A stretch of 64,000 nt of DNA, taken from assembly GCA_963668675.2 (NCBI GenBank), contig CAXXMB010000002.1, positions 1,152,001-1,216,000 on the forward strand. Direction: 5' to 3'. Below are positions 10,313 to 19,911 of the stretch, in pieces. The translations under genes and the position numbers were made by a program. The notes under the pieces were generated by a model. The model saw nothing but the letters and a program-made list of their open reading frames with translations. It did no database searches and was not told the origin of the DNA. How positions within the stretch are numbered: the stretch's first letter is position 1; each line of letters opens with the position of its first letter. This DNA is from an uncultured Desulfatitalea sp. Its GTDB lineage: Bacteria; Desulfobacterota; Desulfobacteria; Desulfobacterales; Desulfosarcinaceae.

Positions 10313-11080
10313 ATGGAGTACAGCAACATCATTGTATCGACCCAAGACTATGTGACCACCATTACCTTGAATCGCCCACCGACAAACTCGGTGAATCTGG
10401 GGGTCCGCGAGGAGCTGGATCACGCCATCACATCCCTTGAAACGAGCAAGGAGACCCGCGCCATCATCATCACCGGCGCCGGCGAAAAGGGCTTCTGCGC
10501 CGGAATGGATGTCTCCGATCTCGCCAATATCGCCAAAGGCCCCAACGGCAACGATGTCTTCAATCGTATCGAAAAGATGCCCAAGCCGGTCATCGCCGCC
10601 ATCAACGGGTACGCCCTGGGCGGCGGTTGCGAGCTGGCCCTGGTATGCCATTTCCGAATCATTGGCGACGCGCCAAGAGCGATCATGGGGCTGCCCGAGG
10701 TCAACCTGGGCATCACGCCCGGCTGGGGAGGCATCCAGCGCCTGCCCAAAGTGATCGGCAAATCCAAAGCACTGGATATGATTCTGTTCAGCAAACGCCT
10801 CTCTCCCCAAGAGGCGCTGGAAGCGGGCCTGGTCGACCGTGTCGTGCCCGCTGCCGATCTGATGAAAGAGGCCACAGCATTGGCCGTCGCGTTGAGCAAA
10901 CGCCCGCCCCTGGCCGTTCAAGCCGTGCTTGAAGGTATGGCAGCGGGACTCGAAAAGGGGCTGGAAGAGGGATTGCGTGTGGACCGTGAGTGGTCCTCCA
11001 AGCTGGGTAAAAGCAAGGATGCCATGGAAGGCATGACCGCCTTTTTTGAAAAACGAGAGCCGGTCTTCAAGGGCGAGTGA
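10313..11080 (+). CDS. enoyl-CoA hydratase (crotonase)
   Basis: FCAGMD, KPVIAAINGYALGGGCE, GLPEVNLG..PGWGGIQRLP; both catalytic Glu present. Confidence 0.93.
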   Translation: MEYSNIIVSTQDYVTTITLNRPPTNSVNLGVREELDHAITSLETSKETRAIIITGAGEKGFCAGMDVSDLANIAKGPNGNDVFNRIEKMPKPVIAAINGYALGGGCELALVCHFRIIGDAPRAIMGLPEVNLGITPGWGGIQRLPKVIGKSKALDMILFSKRLSPQEALEAGLVDRVVPAADLMKEATALAVALSKRPPLAVQAVLEGMAAGLEKGLEEGLRVDREWSSKLGKSKDAMEGMTAFFEKREPVFKGE

Positions 11081-11178
11081 CACCTTGGGTATGGCCCATC
11101 GCAAGCACTCATATAAAATACATTTGATCTGATAATGACGGCGATTTGGGCAATATGGCTCAAATCGCCGTCGCCGCT

Positions 11179-12054
11179 TTAGTGGGTGTCCATCCGCCGG
11201 ACGGCCAGGTAAATATTGGCGACAAAAATGGTGACGGCACCGACCCAGCCGGTGAGTGTCAACGATGGATCGGCGGCCAGGTAGGGCCCCAGCAGTGCGG
11301 CCATGAGGATCCTGGCGGAAGAGACGATGCTCCCCTCTACCGCCGTCACATACCGGAACCCCAGTGTCAGCATGTACTGACCGACCACGCCGAACCCAGC
11401 GCACATCAACAGGTAAAAGAGGGCCTGCGGATCGGGCATGAAGATGTGCTTGCGGTACAACAGATAGATGAGAGCGCTTCCCAACCCGAACATGAAGAAG
11501 AGGATGGTATCGGTATCGTGATACTGCCGGCTCACATTGAGATAGATGATGGCAGCCGCAGCCGTGGTTCCGGACGCCAGGCCCCATAGGTTTCCCGGCT
11601 TAAAAGAGGAGAAGTCGGGCGCCAATACGAGCCACACCCCGACAAATGCCACCACCACGGTGAGGGATGCGCCCAGATCACGCTGCTTTTTCATAACGGT
11701 CCAGGAGAAGAGGGCCACGAAGAGGGGAAAGGTCATGTTCAGGATGTTGGCCTCAGCCACCGTGGTGAGCGCTACGGCTTTGTAAAAACAGTAGACGGCG
11801 ACACAGTTGGTCAGCGCCCTGCCGATGAGCAGATGATAACTGCGTACCCTGGGCCTGGTGCGGCGCACTGCCAGAATGGCACAAATAACCACAAAGCCGA
11901 CGATGAACCTTGCAAAGGTAAAGTAGGCCGGATCGATGGCCACCACCCCTTCGGCCCAGCGAATCGTGACGGTGGAGAGATAGATGAAGAGCGCCGAAAC
12001 AAAAATGGTCAAATTGCCGATCAAATGCGCCTTCGGGGTCAGTTTGGGAGGCAT
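11179..12054 (-). CDS. DMT/EamA family transporter
   Basis: ~10 hydrophobic segments in two repeats; FARF, A.ILNMTFPLFVA, VVGQYMLT motifs. Confidence 0.85.
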   Translation of the reverse strand: MPPKLTPKAHLIGNLTIFVSALFIYLSTVTIRWAEGVVAIDPAYFTFARFIVGFVVICAILAVRRTRPRVRSYHLLIGRALTNCVAVYCFYKAVALTTVAEANILNMTFPLFVALFSWTVMKKQRDLGASLTVVVAFVGVWLVLAPDFSSFKPGNLWGLASGTTAAAAIIYLNVSRQYHDTDTILFFMFGLGSALIYLLYRKHIFMPDPQALFYLLMCAGFGVVGQYMLTLGFRYVTAVEGSIVSSARILMAALLGPYLAADPSLTLTGWVGAVTIFVANIYLAVRRMDTH

Positions 12055-12417
12055 GCTTGCACTCACTCTCTTAGCAGAACCATGGCCAACAGTTAACACC
12101 CCCTTTTAACAGACCCTGCCGATGAAAAAAACAGGGATTCCATTCGATCGGTGAAGCAGTGCCATTGCGATAACGATGTGTTGAAAAATGCCCTTGAGGG
12201 ACGCGACGATATCATCGACATGCGGCAGGACGGCAAAGGCGCTGCGGAGAAAGAGGCAGCCCTTGATTGGGTGGGGGGGTTGGATATCCGGTTGATAGAA
12301 AAGGTGCTTCACCAGCTGCAACTATCCGGGCTCGATGCCCGACTGAGCATCAAACCCGGTATGCGGTGTGTCGACCAAAGCAATCGGCGCAATCGGGGTA
12401 TGAGCGACAAAGCCGTA

Positions 12418-13530
12418 TCAAGAGGTAAAAGGCTTCTCGATCACGAAACGCTCGTCGAGTTCCTTGAGAATGCTGACGATTCCACCGTAGGATAGCGATT
12501 CGAATGGTTGCATCGCATTTCCGAAAAAGCCCTGACGCCGGATTTCCAACGCTTTGTCAGATACGCAGGAACGGACGTGATCCCAAAAGGGGTGGTCAAA
12601 AGGATCGATGGCCGGCGTCAAACGGCCGTTACGGATGCAATAGGCCGCACACGACACACTCGGCGGCCCGTCAAAAAAAGAGACGCCGCTGTTGAGCCGC
12701 ACCGGCATGAGCGGCCCATGATGACTGCCGCGCTGATAGCCGCTCACATAGGCGCCAAGTGCAAATGGCGCCAGTATCTCTCCTGCCGCAGGGAAAGCGT
12801 CCTGGACGCGTACAATGGCCACCGGGTCATCTTTGCCAAGCATGATTCCGGCGACATAGTGCAGTCGGGTCGTGCTGACGGCCACACTCTGCTCCTGGCT
12901 CGTACGCGAATGGATCGACCGTATGGCAAAACGCTCTTCGTCCCTTAGCAAAGCCGCCAAATTGTAAAGATCCTCGGGTGCCTCCAAAACGATCATGCGG
13001 TCGTACTCTCTGTAGACCACATCCATGATCTCAAAGTGGAAGCCTTTGCGCATTCGGGGGGAGAGAATCAGGCCGGAACAGTGCATCGGATCGGCAAAGG
13101 CAAGGTAGAAAGGCAAATTGAGCGCACCGGGTAGGCCCTTATCAACAGAGAAGACAAGAAAGGCTTCATTGTCCCGCTCGTTGAAAGTGAGTTGCGCCAA
13201 AGACGGACCGAATCCCTTGGATGCACCGGAGATTCCCTTTTCAAAAATATCCTGACCCGCGCCGTAGAGCCCCTGTTCAAGCGCCACATGGGAACCGTGC
13301 GAAAATGCACCCCAGATCATATCCTGCACATCGGTCCGGGCAGCATCCCACTGGTGCGTGCAGAGCACCGTGATATCGTCTCCTGTGTAGTGAATGTCGA
13401 AGTCAAGAATCATCTGATCCCTGTTCTCTTCGAGCACATCACGTACCGCATCGATGACTTGCTCGCTGGGCTGCAAGTGGCCGCCGATGCTACCGATATC
13501 CGCCCGCATGGCGACGATGGTCGTTTCCAT
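12418..13530 (-). CDS. fructose-1,6-bisphosphate aldolase/phosphatase (class V FBPase) homolog, divergent
   Basis: ADIGSIGGH, GDD, LYGAGQD, DK..PGA.NLP, FADP, GKDDP, RGSHHGPLMP, FDGPP. Confidence 0.9.
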   Translation of the reverse strand: METTIVAMRADIGSIGGHLQPSEQVIDAVRDVLEENRDQMILDFDIHYTGDDITVLCTHQWDAARTDVQDMIWGAFSHGSHVALEQGLYGAGQDIFEKGISGASKGFGPSLAQLTFNERDNEAFLVFSVDKGLPGALNLPFYLAFADPMHCSGLILSPRMRKGFHFEIMDVVYREYDRMIVLEAPEDLYNLAALLRDEERFAIRSIHSRTSQEQSVAVSTTRLHYVAGIMLGKDDPVAIVRVQDAFPAAGEILAPFALGAYVSGYQRGSHHGPLMPVRLNSGVSFFDGPPSVSCAAYCIRNGRLTPAIDPFDHPFWDHVRSCVSDKALEIRRQGFFGNAMQPFESLSYGGIVSILKELDERFVIEKPFTS

Positions 13531-13601
13531 TGCGCACCCTCCTTTCCGCCTCCCGTTCGCAGCTCAACAATGCTGCCTTTCCCGTCGAGCTATCGGCAGG
13601 A

Positions 13602-14771
13602 TCAATAAAGAAACATGGGCATGCCATCCGCCTTTCGGATGACAGGGCGATAGGCCTCGGCATCGTAAAGCCGTTCCACATCCACCCGCTTGGCGCCGCC
13701 TTTCAGCTCATCCAGATGCAGGGCGGCATAACGTCCCTGGACCAACGCCACCATTCGTCCGCTCTTACCCTTGCGAATCAATTCTATGGTGAGATTGGCA
13801 TAATTCATGGCCACCATCAGATCCAACGAGTCGGGAGATCCGCTGCGCATCAGATAGAAAAGGGGTTGAAAGATAATGCCGATACCCGTCAGTTTCTTAA
13901 CAGCCTCAGCCGTGAAGGCCCCGATTCCCCCAAGCTTGCGATGGCCGAAGGCATCGGCCTCGCCGCGCAAGACCATGTCGTCTCCCAGCATGCTGGCCCC
14001 CTCGCTGATCGTCACCATGGCGTAACCGCTGGGGTTTGAACGACGGTCATCGACCAGAAAACGGGCCAGGCGATCGATATTGAACGGCACTTCGGAGATG
14101 AGCACCCGGTCCACACCGGCCAGGTAGCCGGAGATCAGGGACGTTTCTCCGCAATACCTTCCGAAAAGCTCTATGACCGCTATGCGTTCGTGCGATCCGG
14201 ACGAGGTCCGCAGGGCATGGATAAAATTGACACTGCGGGTCACCGCTGTTGAAAAACCGATACAATAGTCTGTTCCGACCACATCGTTGTCCATGGTTTT
14301 GGGGATGGCGATGACCGGAAACCCCTCTTTATGCAACCGTGCGGCAAATGAGAGGGTGTCGTCCCCGCCAATCGGCACGAGCAGGTCGATGCCCAATTGG
14401 GACAAGTTCTTCAGAACATGTGAGGTAAAATCCTTTTTCTTGGACGGATCGGAATAGGTCTCTTTCAAAAAAGCAGGGGCATCTTTGTATCCCACCGCAC
14501 TGGGGTTGGTCCGCGAGGTGTGCAAGATGGTACCGCCCGACCGATCAATGGTTCTCACGCCGGCCGCATCCAACGGTTGAATGTTCTCCTTTCCGGTTGC
14601 CGGATCGTCCGGGGAATATTCCAACAGCCCAGCCCAACCCCGGCGAATGCCGATGACGCGGATACCCAGTTCGGATGCCCTGACCACCAGTTGTTTGATA
14701 CAGGGATTAAGACCGGGAACATCGCCGCCACCGGTTAAAATGCCGATGGTTTTAGTGTTCGTACTCCCCAT
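13602..14771 (-). CDS. 6-phosphofructokinase family protein with PPi-type signature
   Basis: [27 protein letters not shown] and PKTMDND (Asp/Lys at the two donor-specificity sites), ELFGR; GAGGGAGG RBS. Confidence 0.9.
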   Translation of the reverse strand: MGSTNTKTIGILTGGGDVPGLNPCIKQLVVRASELGIRVIGIRRGWAGLLEYSPDDPATGKENIQPLDAAGVRTIDRSGGTILHTSRTNPSAVGYKDAPAFLKETYSDPSKKKDFTSHVLKNLSQLGIDLLVPIGGDDTLSFAARLHKEGFPVIAIPKTMDNDVVGTDYCIGFSTAVTRSVNFIHALRTSSGSHERIAVIELFGRYCGETSLISGYLAGVDRVLISEVPFNIDRLARFLVDDRRSNPSGYAMVTISEGASMLGDDMVLRGEADAFGHRKLGGIGAFTAEAVKKLTGIGIIFQPLFYLMRSGSPDSLDLMVAMNYANLTIELIRKGKSGRMVALVQGRYAALHLDELKGGAKRVDVERLYDAEAYRPVIRKADGMPMFLY

Positions 14772-15163
14772 GAGTTTAGTCCTCCCTCGGGCCATCCGGC
14801 CCTCTGCATAGGCGCTGGCCAGTGTCGCGACGCATAAGGCCGCGCCGAATCCATATATGGCTTATCACCCAAAGCGTCCGTAACTGAACGTTTAAGATCT
14901 TCCACCGCCTTTGAACTGACCAGATGGAAGGCGAGAACCGGCAGGTCGGCATCATCGGCTTTGAGCTGCCGGAGCAGGTCCCAGCCATGCTGGGTCTGCC
15001 CCCCCAGACCGATCAAAACCAAATCCGGCCGGTCCTCTCTCACCAAGTACCGGACCGGCTCCAAAGCCCGGGTCGTCCGGACCCGATAACCGACATCCAT
15101 CAGCATCTTTTTCACCTGGGCATTCAAATGACATCGTCCCTCTACGATCAGAATCCTTCTCAC
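14735..15163 (-). CDS. atypical single-domain receiver protein (no phosphoacceptor Asp)
   Basis: [33 protein letters not shown] start with AGGAGG RBS; 3' end overlaps pfk. Confidence 0.7.
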   Translation of the reverse strand: MRRILIVEGRCHLNAQVKKMLMDVGYRVRTTRALEPVRYLVREDRPDLVLIGLGGQTQHGWDLLRQLKADDADLPVLAFHLVSSKAVEDLKRSVTDALGDKPYMDSARPYASRHWPAPMQRAGWPEGGLNSWGVRTLKPSAF

Positions 15164-15240
15164 GTCACCCTCCTGTCAAGGCAGATGTGCCAACAAGACG
15201 ATTGTCCATGGTAAAAACGCACCCTGACCTATTACCAACC

Positions 15241-15255
15241 GCAACCTCTGTGCCA
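15241..15255 (-). promoter_or_regulatory. sigma54 (-24/-12) promoter
   Basis: minus strand TGGCACAGAGGTTGC, GG-N10-GC, ~80 bp upstream of the receiver gene. Confidence 0.8.
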
Positions 15256-15352
15256 GGGAGCGTCTGCATGTACGAAAGCAGCAGTTGACTGGAATCACAT
15301 TAGATATTGGATCATCATGCTGACAATGCAATAGGGCCGCAGCGTCCAGGCA

Positions 15353-15369
15353 TGTAAATATTACTGACA
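15353..15369 (-). promoter_or_regulatory. candidate bEBP upstream activator site
   Basis: TGTCAGTAATATTTACA (TGT-N11-ACA) ~100 bp upstream of the sigma54 site. Confidence 0.5.
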
Positions 15370-15470
15370 GTTTGAAAATGGCCGGAATGCCCTTCGAGCG
15401 GCCAATGGATACAACCAGGCCCCGAGGTGCGACCGCCTACGGCTCTTGCAAAAGTTGCTGAAGTGGTGTC

Positions 15471-16385
15471 TCAGAACGGAGGAGGGGCCTGCATCCGATC
15501 CCAAAGATGAGCTACACGCTGGCGGGTGTTGAGCATATACGCCTGCTCGGGCTGTTTGGGCCAAGGCCTGGGGTCCCACTCTCCGGCTTTCACCCTGGCA
15601 GCGACAGTATCGATATCCCCCTTCTCTTCGGCCAAAAAGGCCTCGACCATGGAGCGGAAACGCCTGACACCGTCACGCGAACGACGCAAATACTCCCGGG
15701 CATCCTCCCCGGTCGCAACCATCTGATGGCCGGGGCATAACACTTCTGCATCCAGCCGTGCCAGGCGCTCCAGGTTCCTAAGGTAGCGATCGTAATCGAC
15801 CAGAAACTCAGGCTGGACATAACCGTGGCCATCGTCGCACCCCACCGCTTCCGATGCAATGAGGATTCGCAACGCAGCGATCCAGTAGCACATGAAGTCG
15901 CGGGTATGGCCGGGCGAATAGAGCGCTTGAATGGTAAGATCGGGAGCGAGTTCGAACAACTGATCCGGATCTGCGGCATGATCGATCTCAAATGGCTCGA
16001 AAGGCTGCTCGTACAAGGGGCCTTGATCCTGCATTTCGGCCAGGGCGATGGCATCTGCATTGAGGGCCGTGATCAGTTTGACTGCATTGGGCCGTCGCAG
16101 GATCTTCCGAGCACGGGCGGAAGCGACGATTTGCAGATCCGGCCACACCCGTTTGAAGTATCCAGCGGCCCCGATGTGGTCGAAATGGGCATGGGTCAAA
16201 AAGAGATAGCTTGGTTTCCGCTCTCCCAATATCGACCGGATATCGTTCACATAGCTGAAGGCATAGACGGTCATCCCTGCATCAAACAGGGCCGGGCGGG
16301 GACCGTCCAAAAGATAGACCGGCACCCCTGGGGTGCCGGTCACATAGAAATCTCGGGCCACTTGCCCGACGGTATCAAACTGCAT
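15471..16385 (-). CDS. MBL-fold metallo-hydrolase
   Basis: LFDAG, THAHFDHIG, SPGHT, LCPGH. Confidence 0.9.
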   Translation of the reverse strand: MQFDTVGQVARDFYVTGTPGVPVYLLDGPRPALFDAGMTVYAFSYVNDIRSILGERKPSYLFLTHAHFDHIGAAGYFKRVWPDLQIVASARARKILRRPNAVKLITALNADAIALAEMQDQGPLYEQPFEPFEIDHAADPDQLFELAPDLTIQALYSPGHTRDFMCYWIAALRILIASEAVGCDDGHGYVQPEFLVDYDRYLRNLERLARLDAEVLCPGHQMVATGEDAREYLRRSRDGVRRFRSMVEAFLAEEKGDIDTVAARVKAGEWDPRPWPKQPEQAYMLNTRQRVAHLWDRMQAPPPF

Positions 16386-16752
16386 AATTAAACAATCTTC
16401 AATCAGAGGTGGTGTTGAGGAAATCAATTGATGATATCCGTCGCATCGTCACCGATATAGCAGCGCAGTTAAACAAATATTTTCGGGGAAAGTCAATCCA
16501 TTTTACATGGCCATACAATATTCGATAATAGCATACAAAATCACACCGCAACGATCTGCACCAATTAAAACCGAATCGATTTATGCTGACAATGGAGGCG
16601 TTCCGATCGACTCCATCTTTGGGGCGTAAAGCAGTTGCGCCTCCAGTCGTTTCCACTCGCGAAGGTCGCGAAAGTGCCATACCCGGCGCACCGTCACGCC
16701 AGGAGAGGCTTTCACAGGCCGATGGTCAAGGAGGAATTATCGGCCGATCAGT

Positions 16753-18021
16753 TTATTCCTTGGTCAGCCTTTGAATCTCAAGATCGATGATTTTCTGAAG
16801 GGCCTCTTTATAGAGCCTGCCCCTGTAGCGCCGGTTGTTGATGTAGACGGTGGGGGTTCCGGTGATTCCCAATCCGCGCGCCTGCTCGACCTGCCACCGG
16901 AGGACCGTCAAGGTCTCCGGATGGTCCAGGCATTGCTCAAACTCAGGCAACGATAGCCCGGCCTGGGAGGCCAGGTCGCTCAGTTTCTCCCTATCAGGCC
17001 GGCCTTTTCTCGCCCCGAATGCCACCTGTTGGTAGGCTGCCAACCCACGCTGCCGGGCAGCACAGATAGCTCCCTTGGCGATCTCACAGGCCCCTTGGTG
17101 CATCGCCCGCCCCATGAAACGGTTGCAAGCGATATCCAGCGGATAGTTGACAAAGAGTAGCCGTACCTTTCCCGGATTGGCCGCCACCAGCTCCTCCAGG
17201 ACCGATGCGATATGGGCGCAGTAGGGGCACAGAAAGTCTGAGAACTCGACAATGGTCACCCGTGCGTCGGAATCACCGGCCACCCTTAGCGCCGGGGCGT
17301 AAATGGGCTCCTCCGGCTGGTTGGCGAAATCGGCGACAACGCGTCTGACCTCGCTCTTCTTGTGCGCGACAATGTAGTCGACCTTATGGCGTATAAGGGC
17401 CTGCTGGGCGGCGTAGGCCGACCCGGCTGCGGCCAAAAGGCCAGAACTGACGACGAGAATGGCCCCAAACTTCCGATATGCGCCATTCGCTGATGGCATG
17501 GAGCGCCACATGGATATCATCCTCAGCGGATTTGCGCGGATGCCGGCCAGAAACAGACCGGCGATGGCCAGTATGGCGCCACTGATGGCATAGGTCGCTA
17601 TGCAGATCGGACAGAAAGCGTCGATCAGAAATAGGCTGATACCCAATAGCATCATATCGGCAATTGCCCCCAGTGTAACCAGCCAGAAGAGAACGGAAGC
17701 GATCATCGCATGGATCGCTTTCGACGCCATCAGAAGGGCAAGCCCCAGAAAAAAAACGATCAGATAGAAGAAGAGCCCGTAGATGGCCATGGGAATACCG
17801 AAGAGCCGCGCATACTTCGATCTGGAGACAGTGGCGCAACTGAAGATCGAATCTTCATCGCCGCATACCTGGGAACTGATCCGGGTAAAGATACCCGGTT
17901 GACGGCCCTCATACTGCGGCAGATCGATGTAGTAATACTCTTCGGCAAGAATGAACGAGAAGAGCGCTCCGGCAAGCGCAAACAGCGCAATAAGAAGGAA
18001 GCAGATCGCACTTCTACCCAT
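16753..18021 (-). CDS. vitamin K epoxide reductase (VKOR) - DsbA/thioredoxin fusion
   Basis: loop Cys pair VCG..SCATV..SKYARLFGIP, membrane CPIC; C-terminal EFSDFLCPYC and GITGTPT. Confidence 0.88.
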   Translation of the reverse strand: MGRSAICFLLIALFALAGALFSFILAEEYYYIDLPQYEGRQPGIFTRISSQVCGDEDSIFSCATVSRSKYARLFGIPMAIYGLFFYLIVFFLGLALLMASKAIHAMIASVLFWLVTLGAIADMMLLGISLFLIDAFCPICIATYAISGAILAIAGLFLAGIRANPLRMISMWRSMPSANGAYRKFGAILVVSSGLLAAAGSAYAAQQALIRHKVDYIVAHKKSEVRRVVADFANQPEEPIYAPALRVAGDSDARVTIVEFSDFLCPYCAHIASVLEELVAANPGKVRLLFVNYPLDIACNRFMGRAMHQGACEIAKGAICAARQRGLAAYQQVAFGARKGRPDREKLSDLASQAGLSLPEFEQCLDHPETLTVLRWQVEQARGLGITGTPTVYINNRRYRGRLYKEALQKIIDLEIQRLTKE

Positions 18022-18033
18022 GACAGGATTCCC

Positions 18034-19347
18034 TCAATACATCAAATTAGGCAGAAAAAGAATGATTTGGGGGAAAACGGCGATGATGGCGATGCCGATC
18101 AGTATGGCCAGCATAAAAGGCAGGATGCCTTTAAAAATAGACTCCAGGGTAATCGAATCCTTCAGCCCCATGGCCACCCCATAGACGACGTAGACATTGA
18201 TGCCCACGGGCGGCGTGATCACCCCCATCTCGGTTACCATGACGATAATGATGCCGAACCAGATGGGATCATATCCCAACTGCAAAATGAGAGGAAAGAA
18301 GATGGGGACAGTCAGCATTACCAAGGCCAGCGAGTCCATGAAGCAGCCGCCCAGGAAGTAGACCATCACCACCAGGGCGAGAATCAGGATGGGCGGAAGA
18401 TCGAGGTGCTGGATCCATGCGGCGATATTGAAGGGAATGCGCGTCACGGCCATGAATTTGCCGAAAACCACTGCTCCGGCGATAAGCATCATCACCATGC
18501 ACGATGTCTTGAGCGTCTCATAGAGGGCCGCCCAGAAACGGTCCCAACTCAGCTGACGACGGGCAGTGGAGACCAGGACAACCCCCAGCACGCCGACCGC
18601 AGCAGCCTCGGTGGGCGTGAACCACCCAAAAAAGAGCCCACCCATCACAAGGGCAAAGACCGCAGCGGTCTCACCCAGATCCCGAATCGATTTGAGCCGT
18701 GTCATCCAGGAGAAGCATTCTCCCCGGGGACCTTGTCCGGGGGCGATGGTGCACCAAATCAAAATAGCGATACAGAACAGCACCGTAATCAGGATCGCCG
18801 GCACGATGCCGGCCACAAACAGCTTGCCAATGGACTGCTCAGTAAGAACGCCGTAGACGATCAACACCACGCTGGGGGGCATGATCATCCCCAGTCCACC
18901 GCCAGAAGCGACGGCACCGGCAGCCAATTCATCGGCGTACCCAAAGCGTTTCATCTCCGGCAACCCCACCGTCGCCATCGTGGCCGCCGTGGCCGGACTC
19001 GAACCGCATACGGCGCCGAATGCGGTGCAGGCCGATACCGTGGCAATGGCCAATCCGCCCCTCGTGCCGCCGAGAAAAGCATAGGCCGTATTGTACAAGC
19101 GCCGGCTGATGCCGCTGTTAAAGGCCAGCTGTCCCATGAGGATGAAGAGCGGAACCGTGGTCAAACCGTAGGAGGAGAAGACCGAATAGAACTCCTTGGC
19201 AAGAAGGTTGAGCGCCCCGTGGACGGAAACCACGATGCTGAAACCGACAAACCCGACCAGCGCCATTACATAGGAGACGGGCATGCGGGTCAAGAAGACC
19301 AGCACCATTAAAACAATACCGACAATACCAATGACTGTAGCGCTCAT
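18034..19347 (-). CDS. dctM: TRAP transporter large permease
   Basis: VPLFILMG, FGAVCGSS.ATAA, GGLGMIMPPS, FTPTEAAA, ITPPVG. Confidence 0.95.
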   Translation of the reverse strand: MSATVIGIVGIVLMVLVFLTRMPVSYVMALVGFVGFSIVVSVHGALNLLAKEFYSVFSSYGLTTVPLFILMGQLAFNSGISRRLYNTAYAFLGGTRGGLAIATVSACTAFGAVCGSSPATAATMATVGLPEMKRFGYADELAAGAVASGGGLGMIMPPSVVLIVYGVLTEQSIGKLFVAGIVPAILITVLFCIAILIWCTIAPGQGPRGECFSWMTRLKSIRDLGETAAVFALVMGGLFFGWFTPTEAAAVGVLGVVLVSTARRQLSWDRFWAALYETLKTSCMVMMLIAGAVVFGKFMAVTRIPFNIAAWIQHLDLPPILILALVVMVYFLGGCFMDSLALVMLTVPIFFPLILQLGYDPIWFGIIIVMVTEMGVITPPVGINVYVVYGVAMGLKDSITLESIFKGILPFMLAILIGIAIIAVFPQIILFLPNLMY

Positions 19348-19829
19348 TTGCTTCTCAACCGTCCCAGCCCATCGACCACACCTTTGGCAATCACTGCGGA
19401 AAGCACAAGAAAGCATCCGGCCACAGCAAAGATGACCAGATATTCGGGAAGCTCCAGATTCATGGAGACCTCGCCAGACTGCTTCATACTGATCCCGTAA
19501 AGCGTCATTCGCCAGGCCACCACGATGAAGAGGGCAAAACTGATCATACCGGTGCACGCATCGATACAAATCCGCCGCTTTTCCGGCATCCGGCGCACAA
19601 ACAGCTCAACGCCGATATGGCCGCGGGTCTCATGGGTAAAGGGCAGCGCCATGGCCGCCGCCAAGACCCCCATGAAACCGACAATCTCAACCGATCCGAA
19701 AATGGGGCACTTGAAAAAACGACCGACCACATCGGCACATGTGAGCAGGCTCATCCCGGCCAGGCAGAGGGCGCCTCCCAATCTCAACACATTAGACAAA
19801 TATTCGATTATTTTAGATATTTTAGACAT
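19344..19829 (-). CDS. dctQ: TRAP transporter small permease
   Basis: 4 TM; DVVGR..PIFGSVE, GHIGV; between dctP and dctM. Confidence 0.9.
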   Translation of the reverse strand: MSKISKIIEYLSNVLRLGGALCLAGMSLLTCADVVGRFFKCPIFGSVEIVGFMGVLAAAMALPFTHETRGHIGVELFVRRMPEKRRICIDACTGMISFALFIVVAWRMTLYGISMKQSGEVSMNLELPEYLVIFAVAGCFLVLSAVIAKGVVDGLGRLRSK

Positions 19830-19856
19830 AAAGCTGTTCCGTATCGAAAAAGGAAT

Positions 19857-19888
19857 CGGCCCGGCGGTCGCATCGGACTGCCGGGCCG
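19857..19888. other. intercistronic stem-loop between dctP and dctQ
   Basis: cggcccggcggtc / gactgccgggccg inverted repeat; typical position of an mRNA-stabilising hairpin. Confidence 0.55.
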
Positions 19889-19911
19889 TTGCCGTCTCAT
19901 GTTCAGCTGTA

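Noticed and set aside
12151..12495. 114-aa plus-strand ORF between the DMT and FBPase genes
   Set aside because: No recognisable motif or RBS and it overlaps the FBPase 3' end; cannot be supported, though not excluded
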